DNA of 63,551 nucleotides, filler included, from Octopus bimaculoides (Eukaryota): the NCBI RefSeq assembly GCF_001194135.2. It is 6 parts of 6 records of this genome, joined end to end, with 100 filler letters (N's around TTAATTAATTAA, not from the genome) between each part and the next. Parts side by side here need not be neighbours in the genome. Positions count along the whole stretch, not along the records: positions 38,678 to 59,499 come from NC_068986.1; 5 more parts are not named here. One strand, 5' to 3'. The notes beneath the pieces were generated by a model. That model made no database searches. It was not told the DNA's origin and worked only from the letters and a program-made list of their open reading frames with translations. Shown piece after piece: positions 39,129-50,668 of the stretch (position 1 is the stretch's first letter; each line of letters begins with the position of its first letter). Both the position numbers and the translations under genes were made by a program.

Positions 39129-39343
39129 TGAAACTAGGGACTTGTTTGTTGGAACATTGTCCTAATAAGAAAGAGCACTTTTTCCCCTTTGCCTCTCCCT
39201 TTCTCTCTCTTGCACCTTCTTCTTCTTCTTCTTCTTCTTCTTCTTCTTCTTCTTCTTCTTCTTCTTCTTCTTCTTCTTCTTCTTCTTTCTTTCTGTCTGT
39301 CTGCCTGTCTGCCTGTCTGTCTGCCTGTCTGTCTGTCTGTTTG

Positions 39344-39410
<67 letters not shown>

Positions 39411-39690
39411 CTGTTTCCCACTTTCTCTGTTTCTCATGTTTGAAGCAGAAAATTGAAATTTCTGACCAGCACTGCTTAGAATATCACTGCAAGAATTTCC
39501 AGGCCACAAAAAAGCTACTTCACTTCCTACATTCTCTCCCTTTTCTTTCCCACTCTGTCTCTATACACCAAGAGCTCTCAAGGCAGCTACTAATAACAAG
39601 AGTTGAAATTAATGCTTGCTACATTCCACAGATCTAGCACCACTCCTTAATATTCAGCCTATGAACTTCTCAGCCCACCTTCGTGTGTGT

Positions 39691-39727
<37 letters not shown>

Positions 39728-39804
39728 TATACATGTATATATTTATATATGTTTGTATATATATATATATACAAATATATATAAATATATATTTATTTAC
39801 TTAT

Positions 39805-39969
39805 GCGCCCTTTTCAAGCCTAGCCTGGCTCATGGACCCGGTTTCCCGGTTTCTATGGCGTATGTGTCCCCCCAGCTGGACGAGACGCCAGTCCATCGCA
39901 GCGTTACCCAAGAAACAGGAAGAAAGAGTGAGAGAAAGTTGGGGCGAAAGAGTTCAACAGGGGTGCCAC
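39805..39969 (-). mobile_element. SINE 3' fragment
   Basis: Shares AAACAGGAAGAAAGAGTGAGAGAAAGTTG with family C (about 27350) but has a different tail (GCGCCCTTTTCAAGCCTAGCC). Confidence 0.6.
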
Positions 39970-39989
39970 ACTTATGGACGTATTCCACA

Positions 39990-41492
39990 ATTTCAACAGT
40001 TCCGTCCACTCTTTACTGAATAGATTTACTGAACTTTTTTAACACATACTTTTTCATTTGGTCACGAAATGTCACATTACACACAAATTCACCCCCAAAA
40101 ATTCAATCTTTTACGCATAACACCGTGTGCTACTTTTGTAGATTTACTTAATTTCGGTTTACAGATATACTTCCAAGTTACTTCATTCACAACAGTAATA
40201 TCACTTCCTGTATCTAACAGCATTTTCACTCCTATATTTTCAGTTTTCACATTTACGAATTTCCTATTTGGCACATTACAATTTTCTTTCGACGACATCT
40301 TGTTTATACTTTTTTCTTTGTTCCAACGTTTTGTCATCTTGATTTTACAGTGCACTTTTACTTGTCTAATTTTTCCACAACGGAAACATTCCGCTTTTTT
40401 AAATGGGCAGTTTTTTTTTTCTCAGGTGTAGACCTCCACATGCAAAACATGGGTCTGTTTCCTGATTTTTGTTCTGTTCGTACTGTATTTTAGTACACAC
40501 TTGATTTCTATTCTCCCTGTTTCGCACTTAATTCACTCTGGAGCAATTTTTATGCTCAGTATTCTCTGTGTCGTTCCTTAGATTTACTATTCTTTCACAC
40601 TCTTCTAACACTTGTTGTAAGGTTTTGTTCCAGCTTAGCGAGAATTCTTGTTCTCACATCTGCGTCTTTTTCTGCAGTTAGTCTCTGAGTAAATATCAGG
40701 CAATTGAACATGTCTGGCGTTAACTTGTCCAGTTTGAATTTTCCACATTCTCTGTTAACTCTACCAGCAAATGTGATGTAGTCTTTTCTAGGTTCAAATA
40801 TTTCCAGCATGTATTGAACAACAAGCATTTCTCGCTAAAAAATTTACACAATATGCCTACTGTATTTCTAAAGTTTATGTCAGAAGGTTTTTTTTCGGAA
40901 GTACGTAATTGCTGTACTGCTCATATTCTCCTGCTGCTAGTTTTCTTAAGATTAGATGCGTTTTCAATTTTTCGTCCCCATCTTTGCTCTCATTATTGAA
41001 GATCTATTCGTATCTTCTATGGTACGCCTCGAAAGTAACTTCTTCGTCTTAAATTCCGTTATTGAGTTGGCAACATAATCTGGCGAGATCTTTTAAGTAT
41101 TTTTAACGACTTACTATTCATTAATTGTTGCATTTGTTGCTGTTATAGTAATTGTTTTTATTATTGTTATTGCAGTTGTTTTTGTAGCTGTTTTTTGCAA
41201 TTCGAGCAAACCGGCCAACAAATCTTCCATAATTTTACTATTTTGTATACCGTAAAATTCGCTCGTAAAACTTTTGTGAGTTTCGTAACTCCTTGTGAGT
41301 TTGTTTAATCCTCGTGAGTTTGTTAATTCCTCGTCTCCACTGTAGTAATCCAATCTCGAACTGTTATTACGCCCACTCCGACATAGCAGCATGGTTAGTT
41401 AGACAAGTAAGACACGACTATCTACCTGACTGACTACTCGACTGACACTTCCCGACGACTACTCAACGTCACTGTATTTGTAATGACTAACA
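39990..41492 (-). mobile_element. Truncated Ty3/gypsy LTR retrotransposon: 5' LTR, PBS, degenerate gag and protease
   Basis: Putative LTR 41341-41492 (TGTTAG...CTACA); PBS-like TGGAGACGAGGA at 41339-41328; gag start MEDLLAGLLELQK (ATG 41230); DYITFAGRVNRECGKFKL; Zn-knuckles CFACGGLH..C and CFRCGK...HC; retropepsin LLDTGSDIT (40089-40355). Confidence 0.88.
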
Positions 41493-41496
41493 CATT

Positions 41497-42085
41497 ATGT
41501 CTTCTTTGAGGTATGTCAGTCCGGTTGTCTTGGAATTGTACAGAAAGTCATCAGAAAAAGCTCGTTGCCGACACGTAAGATATTGTTCTCTTCACTTTTC
41601 AGCATTAAGTTACAGACTGAGACTATATGACGAGCGAAGGCTGTCTGCACTGGTCTCAAGACTCTATCTCCCTTTTCTCTTCTTAGGTAGAGTCTGTCCA
41701 TATCACTACTTCTGTGGAGATTTTGGGTTGAGTCAATATCTTATGGGCTTTAACGTCGATGGAATGAATTTCCTCTACAGAGACCAGTCAAGTAGCCTAA
41801 AGGTTGCAATCAGCAAAGTAGCATAAATGCATTGTGAGATATTATCTCGTTGTAAGAGGAGGATTCCGACTGCCATGTTCTTCTAGGTCTGGCATAATAT
41901 TCTCGGGTCACCTTAACCTTAGTCATAGTACCTTCATATATGTTTTCATTGATGCCTAGATATTTATAACGTTCTTTGTGGGGGAAAAGAGAAATAGTGA
42001 GACCATTGATGCACAAGTTTGTGTCTTTCCCCGTTCAACAATCAAATATGAACATTTCTTTTTGGCCAAATTCCATTCCTATGTC
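41497..42085 (-). mobile_element. Non-LTR retrotransposon RT C-terminal remnant (R4/Dong-like)
   Basis: YKYLGINENI...VTREYYAR and DRLYLRREKGDRVL correspond to the YKYLGI and DRLYL.R..GGRGL motifs. Confidence 0.78.
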
Positions 42086-43915
42086 CGCTGAAAATGTATG
42101 TATGTATGTATGTATGTATGTATGTATGTATGTATGTATGTATGTATGCATGTATGTACGTATGAATGTGTGTATACGGAATATTATGTATCATGTAAAC
42201 TCATCATTTCTGTAGGTACATATGTAATTTCCAACGATATTAGTCATAACTATTCCTTAACACATATTCATATTCTACATCATCTTTATCACCATGCATA
42301 TATACTTATACGAAAATCCAACGAAGGAGCCTCAATTCGGTCGTTCGACCAACAAGAAATAGCAACTAAGTCTCCCACAAATCATATCCCAGTCATAGGT
42401 TGGTCAGGACAGGAATGCTTCTGAACGTCCCTTTGCTTGATGAGAGCTGACGTGGAGATAATCAATAGCAGAAAAAAAAACAAAAAAACTAACCTATATA
42501 TACGATGAGTCAAAGATGGAGGTTCTGAACAGTGCATTAACCGCCAGAAAAGGTAGCAAATTTGATCCAAATTAAACGCTCCAATTTTAGAAAAGGTGAT
42601 ATTTTGAAAAATATAGTCGTGAACGTACTGTCTTGTGGGTCGGTTACAACTAGAGAGCAAAATGACCATAAATCTGCTCAAAGAGCACTAACTATACAAA
42701 TGTAATAATAATGTATATAAGAAAATTTTGTCTCACCGTTATACAGACATATACCCGCTCATATGTATACACACAAGCATACACACACACACACACGCGC
42801 GCGCAAACACATTAGCTGAAGAATAAGGTTGACGGTGAGTGAGTTCTAACTTAATAGGAGGAAGGTAGGCTGAGAGAAAGGAATGCTAGAGATTGTTGTA
42901 CTGGTTTGATAAAAGAATTTTTTTTTTATTTCATAGGCTTTAGTTAACCATGAAAATAAGGGCGTATACTGATGTGCCATATTCACCACGCAATATGTTT
43001 GAAATTTTCTTATAACTAATCAAGATTCTCTGTCTATCAGGGGTTTTTTTTTTGTTTTTTTTTTTGCTATTTTATGGTCCACAAAAAGATGTTTATAGAA
43101 AATATGATCCAATCAGTGTGATAAACGCTGAAGTCGGTGTTGGGTATTTGTGGATTTCTTTTAAAAAAGTTTAAACTGAGTATTTTAGAATGATTTGGAA
43201 TGACAAAATTCTAGTATGCTACTAGAAAATAGTTATTGCAGAATTCTATGTTTCTTGTGAAACTAGTTATAGTTTCAGAAATATAGATAAATGCATGCAT
43301 GTAACCACATATCGTTACTTATACATCCAAATAAAGGCATAAGGAGGATGCATTTTACCATAGACATATGCGAGATATAGGTGTATATGTTTGTATGCAT
43401 GTGTGTGTGTTTTGTACGTATGTAAAGGTATATATACGTATGTGTATATTTGTAAATTTATGTCATTTATATACTCATGTCTCCTTAAACGATGGACTGA
43501 ATAGTAAACAGTAATAACTATCGCCACCATGTCGGTTTTTCAGCCTATATACTATAATCATGAGCGTTTCCCATATCGTTTTCTATTTCCCCTTCTTGTA
43601 CAAACATTTCATCTGCCTACTTCCAGCATATCTCATTCATATTATTCTATCTACGTAATAATAAACTGCCAGAAAGTGTATAAAGACAGAAAAATAAACA
43701 ATGTAAACTCCAGTCTGATGACGGCGTGTAAGCTGGGACTTTCACGGTACTGTTAGACCTCTCTTTCTGAAAATAAATATGTACTTTTACTAAAATGTAT
43801 TGAGTTATTCTTCTGGTTAGCGCTAAAGTGAATTTATTCATAACTTTAGATAAAAATAACTTCAATACATACTAATACATGCATATATAGAGATACATGT
43901 ATACATGTGTAAGTG

Positions 43916-43949
<34 letters not shown>

Positions 43950-44049
43950 TGTATGTATGTATGTATGTATGAATGTATGTATGTATGTATGTATGTATGT
44001 GTGTATGTGCGTGTATGTATGTGTGTGTGTATGTGTGTTTATGTATGTG

Positions 44050-44374
44050 AAGGCGCGTGGCTTAATGGTTAGGGTATTCGGGTTACGATCGTAAGGTTTT
44101 GAGTTCAATTCCCGGAGTTCATTTCCCGGTGACGCGTAGTGTTCTCTAGCAAGACACTTTGCTTTAGTCCACTCAGCTGACAAAAATGACTGGTACCTGT
44201 ATTTCAAAGGACCAGCCTTTTCACACTCTGTGTGACGCTGAATCTTCCTGATAACTACGTTGAAGGTGCACGTGTCTGCGGAGTGCTCAGCCACATGCAT
44301 GTTAATTTCACGAGAAGACTGTTCTGTTGATCGGATCAACTGGAACTCTCGTCGTCGTAACCAATGAAGTGCCA
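44050..44374 (+). mobile_element. SINE with family B-like head/core and family C tail
   Basis: TGGCTTAATGGTTAGGG...GAGTTCAATTCC...AGCAAGACACTTT...CCACTCAGCTG, then TTAATTTCACGAG...GATCGGATCAACTGGAAC...GTGCCA and (GTA)n. Confidence 0.85.
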
Positions 44375-44406
44375 GTAGTAGTAGTAATAGTAGTAGTAGT
44401 AGCAGT

Positions 44407-44474
<68 letters not shown>

Positions 44475-44797
44475 CAGTAGTAGTAGAAGTAGTAGTAGTA
44501 TGTTTGTATGTATGTATGTATGTATGTATGTATGTATGTATGTATGTATGTTTGAAGTCGCGTGGTTTGAGAAAAGGCCTTGCATTTTGAGGGAAATACA
44601 TGTGTCGCTTAGAAAGTGGGACTGAACCCATGCAAGGCCTTTCCTCAAACCGCGTCAGATGCCTTGATCTCCGAACATCTGATGAGTTGGACATGTCCTC
44701 GGACCCAAAGAACTTGAAGTTTTATGGCGTCGAGTCAGGCAACTATTAAATACATGTAGCTTTTACTAAATATGTTGTGTGCATTCATTTCTGCGTG

Positions 44798-44831
<34 letters not shown>

Positions 44832-44850
44832 TGTATGTATGTATATATAG

Positions 44851-44926
<76 letters not shown>

Positions 44927-47361
44927 CAACACACATGTTTTTACCGGGATTACCAAAATTATTCGTGTTAATCTATTTGATCAACGGAAAGTACAGTTCA
45001 GTCTCAAAAGAAAAAGAGAAAGAAACCCAAATAAGATGTAAACAGTTTTGAAGTTATCATAAATTAATCGCTGTTTTTTATTCAATCAAGCTAAAAGTGA
45101 CATTCCTTCATGCGGTGGCAAATCAAATTTTTCCCGGTTAACAATGATACCAGAAGTAAATGATTTAACCTTTCTTAATAGTTGGAGCAACAATATCAAA
45201 TGGCATCTCATACATTGTCGCAAAAATAGTTTACATTAATAATTGGTAATAATAAAAATAAAATGAAGGGAAAGACAAAAAATATTTACTTGTCTATCAA
45301 GATATTTTGGTAAACTGGGATGTATCCCGTTTAACCAAACCTCTGTCGCCCCAACTTACCCTAGAAATCTTTCAACTCTTTACTGCAAGCTACATTATGT
45401 ATAGTGTGTGACACATTTTACGTCATGAAATCGTTCACTTAAACTGGTGACGTTTCATTTTTTAAAAGAATTTTGTAGCCTTATATGATCATGGATCTAG
45501 ATTTAATTTTTATTCACTTAAGCCTGCAAGATTGAAGAATGTTTGCAATGTGGTTCGCCCAACAAAATGTTTGTCAGCTCTTGTCTGGCCAGTGTGTAAT
45601 TTAACCTTCACTGCATGGAGTGAATGAAACTTATCATTCAGAGGAAATGTTTTTTTTCTTCTTTTCCTGATAGGTTCACTTTGTTTTATATTCCTCTAAA
45701 TAAGATTTAGTTTCTAAACTGCGAGTAAAAAATTTAAATACTGTAATCCATACGTTACAGAAGAGAGTCATGAACGTCGCACAATCTTATTCATTGTTCC
45801 AAAACATTTTTGATAATAGCAACAGTTCAGTGGCATTTGAGAACTATACAAGAAAGTGGCAGGACAAAAAAGCGACAGTCAGCTAAGCGACAGTATAAAT
45901 GGGTAATAACTAACTTAGTCACCCAACAATTAAAGTTTGGGTTTGTTCAGAGAGAGATAGAACTGTTATTTTGATTCACGTCAACCCTGGTTGAGAAAAT
46001 CCTTGATGAAAAATGTTCAATCCTGTTTTTCAGTTTTTTTTCCTCTCAGTTCAATAGACATTTTATTTGGAGAAAAACCCGGATGGTTGCGCAGAAATGT
46101 TATTTTTAAACATCTGGTTCAATCAGGGTGACCTGTTATACCTTTCGCCAACAAAACTCACCGCAGAGGCCCAGCCATTTTGGCTACTGGTATACAGTCA
46201 ACCATTAAGTGATTGTCACCCAGTTACCTCAGTACTATTGGCAACAACTCTGGAACTCAAGAACGGGTGCAGCACTGCTATATGGCTTTAAATTTCTATT
46301 CGCATTTACGTACGTAGTTTCCAATTCGGCAATGCATGGTGCCTTGAGTAAGTGTATCCTACCATAAGTACAATAATTGAACCAAGAGAAATAACTCAAA
46401 TGACCAATTGGCATGAATTTAGATAATTTGTGTATGAGGTAATGTAGAGATTAATGTATGCAAATGATTTTTAATGACGTTATGTTGATCGTTTTCTTTG
46501 AAAAAGGGAACAAAAACGTGAAGGCAATTGTTAGCGACTCTCTATCTGTAGGGGGAATAATTATGTAGTATTCAAAAATAAAATATATAATTGCACTGAA
46601 AATTGAATTTTCCTTGTAGGGGAAAATTTTTATCATTGTCAGCAAGCAAAATCACAGTTATGCATAAGTTTCCATCTCTTTAGTATACTTTTGCGAAACA
46701 TTCTTTTCTCAGATTTGTTTTAGTCAGTGAACAGGGATGTTTTTAAGTAGGTGACGATGCAGTGAACGACTAACGCAAGAAGAATAAAAAATCATGATTA
46801 AAACTTCTATGATAATAGCTTTGGATGAGCCTTCGTCTTGTAGAGTAGGGTTAAGGGAAACAGTGCAATGGGCCATTGCATGGACTGCACCAGTTTTTAC
46901 ATGAAACACTTAATGTGTCAGCCTGTTTGTTTAACAACACCACCAACTCGTCCTTGAATGCGCTTAGAGGAGGAACCCACTTTGTTGCAAGCTTTCGGAA
47001 CGTACTTTCGATTTGAAGGTAACCTCTTCTTTTCAACCCTACAAATACGCATTAACGCTTCGCTTATTTTTCTATCTAAATCAGGAAACAAATCGGTTGT
47101 GTTCTCGTCGAAATGAACACTAGAGCCAGTTTCAATTCCTGATTGCTACCACTTAATTTCTTCTTAATACAACATTTAACATAATAAAATCAATATTTCC
47201 TGAAACAAATGTTGTTCTCTACGTCTACTTTTGTTGCCGTCGTGGTCATCATCATCATCATCATCGTCATCATTTTCTTCTTCTTTATCATCATCATCAT
47301 TGCCTACCGCACAGACACGTATTACACATATACATTTGTATAATTCAAAAATACATTCGAC

Positions 47362-47401
<40 letters not shown>

Positions 47402-48916
47402 NNNNNNNNNNNNNNNNNNNNNNNNNNNNNNNNNNNNNNNNNNNNNNNNNNNNNNNNNNNNNNNNNNNNNNNNNNNNNNNNNNNNNNNNNNNNNNNNNNN
47501 NNNNNNNNNNNNNNNNNNNNNNNNNNNNNNNNNNNNNNNNNNNNNNNNNNNNNNNNNNNNNNNNNNNNNNNNNNNNNNNNNNNNNNNNNNNNNNNNNNNN
47601 NNNNNNNNNNNNNNNNNNNNNNNNNNNNNNNNNNNNNNNNNNNNNNNNNNNNNNNNNNNNNNNNNNNNNNNNNNNNNNNNNNNNNNNNNNNNNNNNNNNN
47701 NNNNNNNNNNNNNNNNNNNNNNNNNNNNNNNNNNNNNNNNNNNNNNNNNNNNNNNNNNNNNNNNNNNNNNNNNNNNNNNNNNNNNNNNNNNATATATATA
47801 TATATATATACCAACGCTACTATTTATATGTAATAAAGTTGATCCTGTTAGATAAAATTCTGTTTATTTTTCATCTATTTGCAAATGTGATGCAATGTGT
47901 ATTTGTGATGCAATGCGTCTGTGTGTATATGAGTCTAACAATATATACACGCTTTCGTGTATGTATATGTGTAATGTGTTTGTGTGTAATATGTTTGTGC
48001 GTAATGTACATGTGTGTGTATGTGTGTAAATAACTATGTGACATACAGAGCTACAAAACCTAATTCACATATAATTATGATATAAAACTATTTTATTTGC
48101 GAGAAGAAAATAAAACATACGCGGGTCGGACAGAACTTGTAATTGAGTTTAAAAATAAATAAATCTATAAAATTTGATGAAAGAAAATAGATAAATACTT
48201 TTTTGAATAAGAAAGAAAAAAAAACTGGATATTACAATTTAGGGTTTATGTAAAGACAAAATGGTTTTAGTAATTACAGAATAATACTGAAGCCCGTTGA
48301 TGCGCAACTACTACTGCAGTACTAGCTGATACTACTGCCGCCGCCGCTGCAGCTGCTGATTTACTACTACGACCACCACCATCAACATCACCACTGCAAC
48401 TTCTACTGCTGCTGCTGCTACTACTACTACTACTGCCGTTGCTGCCGCTGCTGCAGTTGCTTTTGATGTTAGAATTTGTTATTTCTGTTATTTTTAGTAA
48501 TATTTTCTAGCAATAGTTTTTTCATTGTCTTCCGCAACCCTTTAAGCAATAATAATAACATTCTTTTATATGGGAATGATGTTAATTCTTATTGATACAA
48601 GGGCGATTTCTACACTGTTTTGAGGTTTTCTAGATGTGCCTGTGGGTTAAAATTCTACACACAACTGAGATAGCCTCAAGAAGCACGTAAGGATTCTGTG
48701 GCAGTAGGTGATAGGAGACGACGGTATCCAGGAATTTCAGAATTTTCAGTAGCTATCCTGAGGTCTTCTCGAACACATGAATTGAGCAAACCCCAATGGG
48801 CCGTCCAAATTATATTTAGAGCTTTCGTTAGGTTAACCGATACGAATAGCGGAAGTTAACCTCAATTTCGAAGCTGGTTACTTATCATTTATTCGTGATA
48901 TGTACTATTAATACGA

Positions 48917-49126
48917 AGGCGGTGAGCTGGCAGAGGCGTTAACACGCCGGACACAAATTCTTAGCGGAATTTCGTTCCTCTTCACATCCTGTGTTCAAAT
49001 TCCGCCGAGATCAACTTTAGTTTTCATCTATTGTGGGGTCGATAATATAAGTACCAGTTGAGAACTAGGTTGGATGTAATCGACTTGCACCCTCACCCGA
49101 AAATGATGGCTTTGTTACAAAATTTC
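48917..49126 (+). mobile_element. SINE family A
   Basis: AAGGCGGTGAGCTGGCAGAGGCGTTAAC...GTTCAAATTCCGCCGAG...GGGGTCGATAATATAAGTACCAGTT. Confidence 0.88.
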
Positions 49127-49153
49127 ATGCCGATAGGCACAATCAATATAATA

Positions 49154-49325
49154 GAGGCGCTTGGGTTGGGGTGTTGAACTTATGATTTTATGATTGTGGT
49201 TTCGATTACTGAACCGGGTAATACGTTGTGTTCTTAAGCAAAACACTTAATTTCACGCTGATCTGGTCCACTCTGCTATCGAAAATGAGCAATAGGGTGA
49301 AGTCGTCACAAGCCTGGCAAGCCTA
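49154..49325 (+). mobile_element. SINE family B, diverged
   Basis: GGTTTCGATTAC...TTGTGTTCTTAAGCAAAACACTTAATTTCACG...GTCCACTCTGCT. Confidence 0.7.
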
Positions 49326-50569
49326 AAAGAAACATGGAACCTCTGGGCTGATGGGTCAAAGACCTACCCTGGTATCGCATATTACCTTTATTACAATCAA
49401 TATAAATAAAAAAATCATGGCCCTTGGAACTGGGATCTGAAAGTATCTTCCACAGCACATATACATTTCTGGTATTGGGTTAGTAAAATTACCCAACAGG
49501 AATTGACGAGAGTAATTATTAATAACTAATGATGTGCTTCATTAAAAAACCAAATACAAAACAGTATCTGTTAGGTTTAGTAAAGATATATACTAGAGAA
49601 CAATAAATTAATGTTGCAAGTCAATCAGTTAGAAGGACCAAATGGAAAAGGTAAACGCTTAGAACGCGGTTACATTGAAAATAGTTCTTAACCATTTCTT
49701 TGGCTCAAAGTAAACTTTTCTCGTGCTAGAGCGCGCGCTCTTAAAAATGAAGGAGTAAACACGTTAAATGTTAAATGTTTTGCAAGTGATGGAGAATCAG
49801 CGTGAAACAAACCTACATTTTGATTTTGGACCAAAGTGAACGTGCGCTCATCCATTTTATAGAACATATATAGAATTTTATGGGAGCATTTTATGTGTTT
49901 ACGACACGATTTACGCTCGGAAAGTGATGTAAATATCTGATTTCAGCAGATAAAGCAGCGGATATAACTGGAAGTTGTGCGATTCGAAAATGACCGGGGC
50001 AGGATGGTCTACCTTACAAAGTTTACTGTTACATTCCGAACTTCTTTGATGTTGTTTTCGCAGATGTCTATTACCAAAGACAGTAGACCAGGAACACACC
50101 AAGTTGTGTGAGTTGACTGGTGCTGAGTAAGGATCCAAAAAGGGACAGACGTATAATTACGCTTAATACAAAATTAAATGATTAGGAAAAATGTTCATCA
50201 TATGGTTGAGGGCACTTGTTAGTGTTTTAGTTGCAAATGCACACTTTTTTGGTCCGCACAAAATATATCGACAACATACTCACCCACATGTCATACATCG
50301 TAGAAAGAGACGATACTAGATCTAACTTCGGTAGGTCAATCTCGAGACATTTAAATGCATAGGGTCGAACATCGCTTCTTGACGGCTGCTTTTAGAGCAA
50401 CTATTATCGACTTCAACTTTAGGAGGTTGGATTACAATAACGTACTGCAGCTTACACAGTAAAGTATAAAATAACGTACTGATCGATGGCCAAAATTAAC
50501 CGCCTTCTATCCAAGTCCTATCTTATTACGTACTCAGTACGCTAAGGATTGCTGCTCTTCTCTTTCCAG

Positions 50570-50668
50570 GGTGTCTTAGTACTGAAGCACCTCTTATGAA
50601 AGTTGGAAATGTTAAAAGACATCCCACTCGACGAGGATTCAAGAAATCTGAAGTACTATCAGAAATCG
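50570..50668 (+). CDS. Candidate internal coding exon of an unidentified gene (99 nt, phase 1-1)
   Basis: Acceptor GCTCTTCTCTTTCCAG, donor GTATGT; only one frame is open (CLSTEAPLMKVGNVKRHPTRRGFKKSEVLSEI). No homology recognised. Confidence 0.35.

Noticed and set aside
39607-39640. LHSTDLAP resembling the mariner YSPDLAP motif on the + strand
   Set aside because: No flanking transposase similarity was recognised; too short to support.
46050-46180. Frame SIDILFGEKPGWLRRNVIFKHLVQSG*PVIPF after a strong acceptor, as a possible selenocysteine read-through
   Set aside because: No SECIS or selenoprotein homology was seen; an in-frame TGA in a short frame is expected by chance.
49453-49464. CAGCACATATAC matching the 5' part of U6 snRNA
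   Set aside because: The match stops after 12 nt; no ACAGAGA box follows.
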